Positions 27,034 through 36,920 of a stretch of DNA of 64,000 nt are shown in pieces (positions within the stretch are counted from its first letter, which is position 1; each line of letters starts with the position of its first letter). Where the stretch lies: the NCBI GenBank assembly GCA_907165135.1, contig OU015569.1, positions 12,338,001 to 12,402,000 on the forward strand, given 5' to 3'. Under the pieces are notes generated by a model. It worked only from the letters and a program-made list of their open reading frames with translations, was not told the origin of the DNA and did no database searches. A program made the position numbers and the translations under genes. This DNA comes from Oikopleura dioica (taxonomy: Eukaryota > Animalia > Chordata).

Positions 27034-27661
27034 ATATCAGAAGAAGAAGAAGATAAGGTTGCGCGAGTTTTGTGAAGTCTGAAAAATCTTGGAAGCCGCA
27101 AGTTTGAAATGATCCGTTCTCGCCGCTCACCACTGGTTTGATGGCATTAGCCACGGCGCGCGGTCGACCGCGTGCTTATGTTTCTCTAAACTTGACAGAG
27201 CAGCTCAATCAGCTCAGAATTTTCTCAATTCGCGGGCGACGCCATTGGAATGCGCGAATTTGTTCTCTACTCGCACACCCTCGGAATACGCCGAGTTGAC
27301 ACGCTCACGCTCACTCGAAGTACTCGAAGTTTAATGCTGGAATTCTAGCTTAGACGCTCAGCGACCTGAGTAAAAACCTGAGTCAGGGTCCTGAAAAACA
27401 CCTTAATCTATTTACGAATCTCTGGAGAAGCCGCGTTGCGGCTTTGATTATAGAAAATTTAAAAAATTGAAAGCCAAATGTCTTCAAATTGATTTAATTG
27501 CGCATTATTGTCGATTTTTCCCTACTTTGAATTGTGATAATAAAAATAAGTCGTAAACTCAGAGTCAAGAGTGTGGTCTCTCGCCAGTTTATGATTTTCC
27601 GCGATTGAGAAATATTTTGAAATCACTCTTTCGGAATTTTGTTTATTGCTTTGTATACAGA

Positions 27662-29877
27662 ATGCAAGTTTCAACTCATCCAGAAGAACTGACGAGAGAA
27701 GTTGTTGAGAAATGGCTGGAAGATTTTCAAAAAAAATTGAAGAGAAAAACGAGCAGAGATGATTTGGACAGGTTGATTTTGTGCATGGGCAGAATGCAGT
27801 TTCAAGATAATCGTTGTGCTGCATGGGACGAGAGCATTTTCGAAGATGGAAAAGGAAAGCTATCTGGAACTGACTTTTGGGGAGACAAAGTTAAGGTAGA
27901 ATGGAGAGTAACTTCTTTTCAAAAAATGATTCTCGACAAAAATCCAGATTTCGAAGGACGAAAAATTCAACGTTCGGAATTAAATGAAGAAACCGGAGAA
28001 TGGGTTCTCGATGAATCTTTTGAATTGATTACAGTTGGAGGAGAAGCGATTGTTTTGAAAGAAAAATTCGGCGAATTGGAAGTGGCCGTTCGCGTTCAGG
28101 CTTTTGATCCCGCGTTGTTTGTGGGGAATGAAGAATTGGAGTTTAAAATTCATCTTTCGGAAGGTAATTTTTATTTTTTATTTCTTTTTATGATTTTTAA
28201 GAGTACGAAATCGCCCAAAACGAGAAAAAAGACGACGCCCGAGTAATTCCTTTTCACGAAAACGTGATCAAAAATTTTTGCAACATCGAACTCTTTTTGA
28301 GAAGCGATATGGAAAAAGAAGACTGTCTTGGCTGGATCACGATTATGGAGAAATGCGACTCGGATTTGAGATGCAAATTGAAGAATGGAGAACTTAATTT
28401 GGAAGAAAGGAAGAAAATTGCGATTGGCGTCGAAGAGGGAGGAGAGTATTTGGGGAATATTGGAATCGTTCATTACGATAAGAAGCCGGAAAATGTTCTT
28501 TTGAAAAATAGAGAAGCAAAATGGATCGATTTCAGCATTGTTCAGGAAGAGACTGGACGAGAGAGTTATCGGGAGATGGGATACGCGAGGAGAGGAAGCA
28601 GATTTAGAAATTGGAGCTGTTTATGTAAGTTTTGAGCTTGTTGAGAAATTGTGTTTTATCTCTTTTTTTTCGTAGATGCGGGGTCTCCTGCCTTTTCTTA
28701 TGGCCCGCAGATAGGCGGAGACTACGGAGGTTATAGATCTTCTCCTCATATTTTGATTCTTTGCGAGTGGAAGACAGCCTGGACTCTTTTATTCAAACCA
28801 ATCGAAGAAAAAGAAAGAGAAATCATCAAAAAAGAACTTGAGGTAAATCTTTACTATTTATAAAAGAAAATAACCTTTCTCAGACTTGCAATGCTGGCTG
28901 GCTCACAAACTACGATCCATCAATCTCAAAAATCCAAAACTTGTCGAAGATCATTTCTCTAAAAAGCCCGTCTTCTGATTTTTACTTGGACGATCCAAAT
29001 TTGACGAAATCAACTGCAATGGCCAGTATAAAACAGAAACTGACGAAAGAGATCAATTTCGACTTCAAAAACGTGACAAAGAATGTTTTAAACCAAAAAG
29101 AAAGCGATCTTTGTGTACCCATTTCTGTTTCGGTGCTTTTGAGATGGGCACTCAAAAATGATTTGGGAACTATTGATCACTATATGAAAAGATTTTTTAC
29201 TCTGGAAAAAATCTTCACAAAACTGACAATGCTGATTTATCCGCGGAGTTTGGCTGGCTTCAATTTCAATCCGAAATTCGAAGAACAAAAATTTCAAAAC
29301 AACGAAATTGAAATGCTTCTCAGAAGATTGAAATTCAGGACTTATTTGAATGAAAGTGGATGGCAAATTATCAGAGAAATATCAAGCAACTACTACTCAA
29401 GCGAGTACTCGATAAATGCCAATTTTGATTTCGAGCAAGGTAAAAATTCAAAACTAAAAAGAAAATAAAAATTAAAATTCAGTCCTCCTCCATGGCAAAT
29501 TCGTCTTCTCCCGTCCCCTAACAGTCACCGGCGCCTATCTGGAACCCGGCGACGGGAAAACACCACTTTTCCACCAAATGGTGCTGGACCGAATCGAAAA
29601 CTTCGACTTCATTCTCCAAAACACTCTCATCGCCCATTCTGGCTCTCAAATCAGAATTCCAGTTTCCAGAGAATACTACGCAGGTTACGAAATGATGTTA
29701 GATTGCTTTAACAGCTACAACGACTTCGTCTTTTTTGGACCAAACAAAGAGTTCCTACCTTTGGTGAACGAAGAATTCAACATGGAAACAGAAAAATGGT
29801 ATCTTCTGCCTCAAGCTTTTTCAGTTACTCTGACTAGAACTCGATCACTGAAAAGAAAACAATCATTCCTTTATTAA
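27662..29877 (+). CDS. Atypical protein kinase fused to a papain-like (clan CA) cysteine protease; 5 exons, 680 aa (copy 1, intact)
   Basis: Exons 27662-28163, 28202-28624, 28676-28842, 28884-29439 and 29483-29877 join through GT-AG introns of 38-51 bp into one open frame of 2043 nt. Kinase motifs: ITVGGEAIV (Gly loop), VAVR (beta3), ITIMEKC (hinge), HYDKKPEN (catalytic loop), WIDFS, AGSPAF. Protease motifs: NQKESDLC (Gln to Cys +6), RPLTVTG, HQMVLDRIENFDFILQN (His to Asn +16), GSQIRIP. AATAAA follows at about 29895. Confidence 0.9.
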
Positions 29878-30446
29878 AAACACGTGATCGTGAAAATAAA
29901 AATTGTGAAAATTATTTTCATTTTTTATTTTTTTTTATTTTTTAATAGATTATTACTAGAGCGGGGAAGATCCCCAGAGCAAACAGGCTTGTTACAGGCT
30001 TGTTTTTGACCTTTTTTTGCAGGTGTCGATTTCGGGCTTGTTGAGAGTAATTAAAGAAGCGTCCAGTGTAAATTTATCTTTGGAGTTTTTGGCATTTATC
30101 GCGTCATGTAGTGCTCGCTCGAGTGGTTTCCGGCGCTGGTTTCTTTTTGCGGCTAATCCAGACAGCTGACACTAATCGCCCGATTCTCTTCCACGCTCAA
30201 TATCAAACGCAGCTCCACAAAGGCTAGAATTTCGGAACTAACACCTTCTTCTCGCTTTTCAACTTTACCAGATTAAAAGTAAAAAAAAACGCTTTCGAAG
30301 AAACTCATCTCTATTTCGTTGAGGAAACGGCTCAAGCATTTTTTAGCCAATTTCCCACAGCAAAATTATTTCGCCATAGATACTGAAAAAATTAATATTT
30401 GCACTAGACATCAGTAAAATAAGAAAATCTCAAACCCGATGCATAA

Positions 30447-31687
30447 ATGAGCGAGAAAACTCCACCGAATTATTCCGAGAGTTCTCTCGGTAGTTCCTAT
30501 TATCAGTCAAAAAATGAGAACAATTCAAACCATCCTGATTATCAGCTTGAATCAATTATTGACCGTATTGACACGCTAGAAAAGGACAACACTTATCTAC
30601 GAACAGTAACATTTGATCTGCAACGAGAGAACAATGAGCTAAAACAGAAAAATGATGAGCTGGAGAAAAAATTTGCGACTTGGGAAGACATGACTCAATC
30701 TGATCAGTTGCTTGAGTTACAAATCTTTTTGAATTATTCAAAGATATTATCTTGAAAATCTTATCCCGAGTATTTCAAGCGTTTGCCCCGAGAAAATAAA
30801 AAGTCTCACTATAGACTACATAATAAGGAGACTTTTGGAAATAAAAATCAGTTTTTAGTTAATCAGAGGCTCGAATGTCTTAGTGATGGTGCTTTTCGGG
30901 TTAAAGTCAACAATACTCGGTATAATTAATTATTACAATTAAATCTTAAAAAATTTGAAACTCTGTCTCTGAAAACTAAAAAGGCAAATCAGATCGTCAA
31001 GAAAATGGAATTGACTGACCTCGACTTGCGTCATTTGGAAAAATCGAACATGCTTGGGATTCCAAGTTCGTTTGTAAAAAATGCATATGAAAGAGCGTTT
31101 TTAGGCGAGCGCATTTTGTTGACACGGGATTACAAAAACTACCACACAGAAAATGATGTTCAACAGTTTTTGAAGGCAATAAACTGTGGAATTGACGCCA
31201 TCAATATAGCTGTATCATTTGGAAACTGCGATAGGCATGGTGGTTTATAGACTATAAATTATAGTAATTAAAATTTAACGTAACAATCGAAGAAACCATC
31301 GGATAACAGCAAAAAGATTTACGCTGGACAACTGATAAAATTTGAAAACTGCTCATTTAAAGTTGTTATGGATTATATTAATGATGAATATATTCTGAAA
31401 ATGGATTTACGAATTGTGAACGATAAAAACTTCAATACGATTGCAATGCTTACTATGTTGAAAAAATCAGACTAAGTGACGAATGGATACATAGTGATAG
31501 ACTTATTGTCAGAAAACTAGAAAATTCTAATTCCTGCGAACGCCAAGGATTATCGCATCCCTCGGAAGCGACAGCGATTGAATCCGAAGATCAGAGTGAG
31601 AATACCAAGGAATTGTTTTATAACTATGTCGTTGATCGAGAAAAAACAAAAAAAGTTTTTACGTTCTGTTTTAAAAGAAAAAAATAG
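30447..31687 (+). pseudogene. Fragmented orphan gene with N-terminal coiled coil; function unknown
   Basis: ORF 30447-30755 has a heptad pattern (IDRIDTLEKDNTYLRTVTFDLQRENNELKQKNDELEKK). Further coding-like segments follow at 31005-31240, about 31287-31475 and about 31440-31687 in different frames. I could not build a clean GT-AG gene model. Confidence 0.45.
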
Positions 31688-32245
31688 AATGCTATTGCTG
31701 ACAAAATGCTGTGTCTATTGTCTAGATTTGTGTTCTTTTTCAAATCCGTGATTCAGGAATCAAAACTAGGTGATATCATATAACTTATATGCGAAAGCAA
31801 TTCTATTTATTTCAAATGTAGCTGGCAATGATAAGAGCAGGGGTTAGTCTGAGTACGTAATGAGTAGTAAGTAATGTAGATGTATGCGTAATTGGCAGTT
31901 GATTTTGATTAGCAGCGGCGAAATTGGCTTCTTGCGTTGTTTGGTTTGAGTGGCAACAGGGGCTGACCCGGGGTGAGGTGGCTCTCTCTTGTTTCTAAAA
32001 CACGAAACATATTTATTAAATTGGGTTTACGGCGCGAAGTAGGGTCGACCAGTGAGTGATTTAATTAGCCCGTCCGGCTGCAGCGAAAAAAACCGCTAAT
32101 TGGTAACGCAAAGCACAACAAGAACATCAAATTCGACGAAGCCAGCTCTCAAGAAACACCTTAAACCCGGACGCGTGAACATCTTGATACAGTCATCAAA
32201 TTACTGAACATCGCTGCCTTTAGAATGACACTTTGGTACCCAAGG

Positions 32246-32611
32246 CGCTCGGGAATCTGTGAAGAGAACCTGAGTCAGGGTTCTAAAATAGCAAAGAAGG
32301 CCTGAGTCAGGGTCCCGAAAGAGTTGAAATATAAAGCCGCGTAGCAAAATTACCTATACGATATCTCTTGAAATACTGGCGAAGCCGCTTTGCGGCTTCG
32401 TTTTTAAAAAGCCGCTACGCGGCTTTTCATTTCAACTCTTTCGAGACCCTGACTCTGGGCTCGGCAACCTGTGTAGAAAATCTGAGTAAGGTTCAAAAGA
32501 GCTAAAATGAAAAGCCGCGCAGCGGCTTTATTCAAAACGAAGCCGCGACGCGGCTTTTCAGTTCACCTCTTCAGAACCTGACTGAGGTTTTCTACACAGG
32601 TTTCCGAGCCT
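32246..32611. mobile_element. Tandem family-A MITEs
   Basis: Two adjacent CCTGAGTCAGG / GCCGC palindromic units. Confidence 0.7.
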
Positions 32612-35154
32612 ATTCCTGACTCAGACCTTCTTTAGTCTTTTAGAACCCTGAGTCAGTCGTCCACAAAGATTGACAAGCATGAGCGCATACAAGTCAAGGG
32701 AATTGCCAATTCCGAATTGGTAATCAGCGGACCTTCGCTCATGAAAAAATAGATCCCACGGAAGAGAGTGATGAAGAATGGCAAGAAGTCTAATGCAACT
32801 AAGAGAAATGTCTGCAAGATCAAAACAGGCACTTGTCTCGGGCGCTTCTAATCTCGTGTTCACTTTCTTTTTGCAGTAACGATAAAAATACGATACGATA
32901 AAATTTAATTGCCACGTTGAGCGCACACGAATTTCGTAACTAGAATGAAACTGAAACTTCAAGGAACTTTAAGAGTTGATAATATCCTTCAAAGAAGCCC
33001 TTACTACTATTTTCACAAAAATGATGAAGATTGAGGACTTTTTCGTCTCTTTAGTCGCGAAGAAAACCTGAGTCAGGGTCTGAAAAAGGGGTGGATATTT
33101 TGATTTCAACTCCCATTTAGCCATCCTGGTTGGTCGAGAACGGGAATTTAGAGGTCTGAAATAAGGTATAACTAAAATATACACCCCTGTTTCAGACCCT
33201 GACTCAGGTTTTCTAGTCAGATTGTCGAGCCTTCAGATGCTCACTTCCCGTTTTTGAAACTGTTTTTGGTTGAGCAAATAAAGTTCAACAAAAAAGCAGC
33301 GGTGCGGATGATCTCCGACCGGTTATTCTCTTTTCTTTATATTTTTTATTCGTTTTCGTCCATTTTGAGAAGGAGGAAATCAAGTAAGGCGGATGAGCAT
33401 TATCTGGCGAACGGATAAGCCGGCTATCAATACGTGCCCTTATGTGCATTTTGCAGCCACTTCGCTCAAAACACGTGATTTTCTTACGATCACATTTTGA
33501 CTTTTTTCAAAGTTTAATATTTAATTTTTAGAAAAAAAAATTTTTGAGGGATAAATATTTAATTTTTCGTTATTTTTTTTAGAAAGCCTCATTTTTTTGA
33601 ATATTTATTTTTTGGTTTCATTAACATGTTCGGTGTTCCAGCGATGGGAAGATAGGTGATTGCAGTTTTCGAATTTACCCAAAATGAATGATTTGGTTTG
33701 GCGCATTTCGCAACTACTATGATGTTGATATCTGGCAGCACTTTTACGCCGTAATTTCGCGTTTTTCATTTTCGATTAAAAAATGACAACTTCAAAAGAA
33801 AATTTTATGATGAGGAATTATATATTTTTTCGGATAAAAATTCCTCAGATTTTCATCAAGTTTAGAATCTTCAAAAGGAAGTGAAAAAACAATTGACGCG
33901 CTCGTCAGCTGATCTCTTCTTATTATAACTGGTCTGAAAATTTGGTGAAAAGATTGAATTTTTGAATGAAAAATGAAGTAACCGATTGCTTTCTTTTGAA
34001 TAGGAATCTAGTGAATCGAGAATTTATGCAACCTTGGAAATCGAAAAAATGTTGAAATTTCTATGTTAAAAAATGATTCACTTCTATATACGTTAATTTC
34101 CTCGATAATGTGAGTACTATAGTATATGATACTATGATGATTATAAATACTGTGATGACAGCAAAAAATAAACTCAAAAATCAAAATGAAATATTTAAGG
34201 CTCGGCAAACTGAGTCTGGTTCTGAAACACAAAAATCAAAAGCCGCGTCAAAGGAGTTGCGGACCCCAGCTATTTAGCCTAAGATATACTTATTTTGTAG
34301 GAGTGTTCTTTCAGAACATTTTGATGGTATAATCTTGGAAGTTGCGCTAGAATTTCTGGCAAATGCTGCTGATCAGAGCGCAACAAATGAGTCTGAGGCG
34401 TTGTCACAAAATCTGGGCAGGGTACGTGTCGGGCGCTTCAATCGTCGGAATTTCGACCAATTTGGAGTTTTTTCGAAATTGAGAAATGGGCGAGAAGCAT
34501 TCTTGGTGGCTTTTTCGAAATCGCGAAAAAGCGAATTCCACATTCCGAGCAAATGGAGCTCCAAATAACAAAAAGAAAAAGCTCCAACTGGCGCCTACTT
34601 TGTCAGCTATGCAGCCCGGCGCCAGAAACGACGCCAATTCGCTAAATGGGCAATAATTAACGGACACCGCCTTTTTCAGTACATTTTCAGAAATTTTCTT
34701 TATGAAGAAATATTTTCTGAAAAATCGAAATGAGGCATAGTTTCTTACAAATCCCGAGCCCCCTTTGACCCCCTGGGGGGTCGGTGAAAAGAATCCAACT
34801 CTTCACGACCCCCCTAAAGGGGCTCCCTTACTGGCAGCCCCGCAAGGGGGCTCTCAATACGTCCAATTTCAGTGACACCCCCATTTTAATTTTGCATGAT
34901 TCTTGTTAAAAATTTTCCCGATTTGAAAAAGACAAAGAGTCTCACAAAAGAAAAACCAGTTTGTCGTGAGATTCGAAAAAACGGGAAAAATTAAAAATTC
35001 AGATTTTGAGATTCCAATGGAGCATCTCGCGCTTGTTCTCATAACGTTCCTTCCACTGTACCGATACATAAATTTTCTCCTTTCAAGTGGCGACCGAGCC
35101 GAAAAGCAAGAAATTCAGAATTTTCTTGCTCTGCGAATTTTATTATAATATCGG

Positions 35155-35538
35155 CTCCCCATTTTAACTAAGAGATTAAAATGGGGACCTCATACATAAT
35201 CGAAAAGCCGATTGCGGCTCCGAGCATGATTTTGACAAAAAAGCCGCGCTCTGTGCGGCTTGAGTTTTTTCTTTACCTCGGATCCGCAATCGGCTTTTCT
35301 TTAAAATATGGGGTCCCTATTTTAACATCCCGAGAATAAGGCAAATTAAAATGGAGACCCCATATTTAAGAGAAAAGCTGATTGCGGCTCCGAGTTAAAA
35401 AAGACTTAAGCCGCACTGAACGCGGCTTTCTTTGTCAAATTTATGTTCGGAGCTGCAAGCGGCTTTTCGATTAAATATGGGGTCTCTATTTCAATGTGTC
35501 AGAGAAATTTTAACGTTAAAATGGAGACCCCATATTTC
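35155..35538. repeat. Chain of inverted repeats (AAAATGGAGACCCCATATT family)
   Basis: Three direct AAAATGG(A/G)GACC units alternate with reverse-complement copies. Confidence 0.65.
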
Positions 35539-35806
35539 TATTTCTTGATTCAGGATGTTTCATGCTAATTTTCGAAGGTAAAAATTAGCATGAACTGTTT
35601 AGCAGTAAAATCCAGTTTTGAATGAAACGGGAGGAAGAAAGGAAAAAGGTTGAAAGCTAGTCTGATAACCCAAAGTGTCACCAAAGTTATTCTACCTCTC
35701 GGTGAGCGCGCTTATCTACTACTTTGAAACAACCCCCACCTGACACTGGAAACATTGTCGAAACGTGCCAATTCTTTTTCTTTTCAGACAATTTTTATTC
35801 AAATTT

Positions 35807-36013
35807 TGGGCTAAGAAACCTGTGTCAAAAACCTGAGTCAGGGCCTGAAAGAGCTTAAATAATAAGCCGCGTAGCGGCTTTTTGAAAACAAAGCCGCAAG
35901 GCGATTCTGCCAGAATATGGTTTGCGGCTTCGTTTTCAAAAAGCCGCCACGCGGCTTTTCATTTAACCTGTTTCAGGCCCTGACTCAGGTTTTTAACACA
36001 GGTTGCCGGGCTC
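35807..36013. mobile_element. Family-A MITE
   Basis: Mirrored arms with a GCCGC core. Confidence 0.75.
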
Positions 36014-36676
36014 AGGCCGGATTTCTTCCCGTTTTTTCTTGTTATTCTGAAAATTGAACTTTGAAAATTGGCAATGAAAAATGCAGAGATTTAGCTGAAT
36101 TTATGCGTCGCGCATGATTAATATCGACAGAAGGGACAATGCATATTTTTTTCAGAATATGCAGATCGCAATCGAGATCGGGCTCGTTATGAATGCATGA
36201 GTGTCCAATTACGGGTGCTGCATTTTTGAAGAGTCCGAACAAGTACTTTGATTTCTCAGCGCGATTAAAATCGACTTTTTAATAAATCCACCTCTTGAGG
36301 CGGCGGAGGAGATGCAGTTTTCTACTGTCTTTAGGACTGAGCTCGGCAACCTGTGTAGAAACCTGAGTCAGGATTCGGATCGCGCTTCAGTTCAATCAGG
36401 ACTCTGACTCAGGTTTCCACGCAGGGTGCCGGGCTAAGTCTTGAGAGCTAGAAAGCAGAAATCATATAAGCAGATATCTCTTAGAATAGATCCACTAAAG
36501 TCAACTGAAAAATTCGCAAGCGCAAGTAAAGTTCCATTCTAAAAACAAGAGGACCGGTAGAAGGAGCAACCACAGATTGATAATACCAGGAGTTGGAACG
36601 GAAGTTCCTACTCGCTCTTCCTTGCAAGCCTCTCTAGAAATAGCAAAAGAAAAGTCTCGGTCTAAAAGATTGGAAC

Positions 36677-36920
36677 TGGACTCGGCAACCTGTGTAGAAA
36701 TCCTGAGTCAGGGTCCAAAAGATCTTAATTGAAAAGCCGAATAGCGGCTCTTTTAAAAACGAAGCCGCAAAGCGACTTTTCACTTTAGTCTATTCCAAAA
36801 TTTTGGCGATGATAAGGCAAAGCCGCTTCGTGGCTTCGTTTTAAAAAGCCGCTACGCGGCTTTTCAATTAAGATCTTTCCGAGCTTGACTCAGGTTTTAT
36901 TCACAGTTTGCCGAGCCTAG
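36677..36920. mobile_element. Family-A MITE
   Basis: Mirrored arms with a GCCGC core. Confidence 0.75.
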
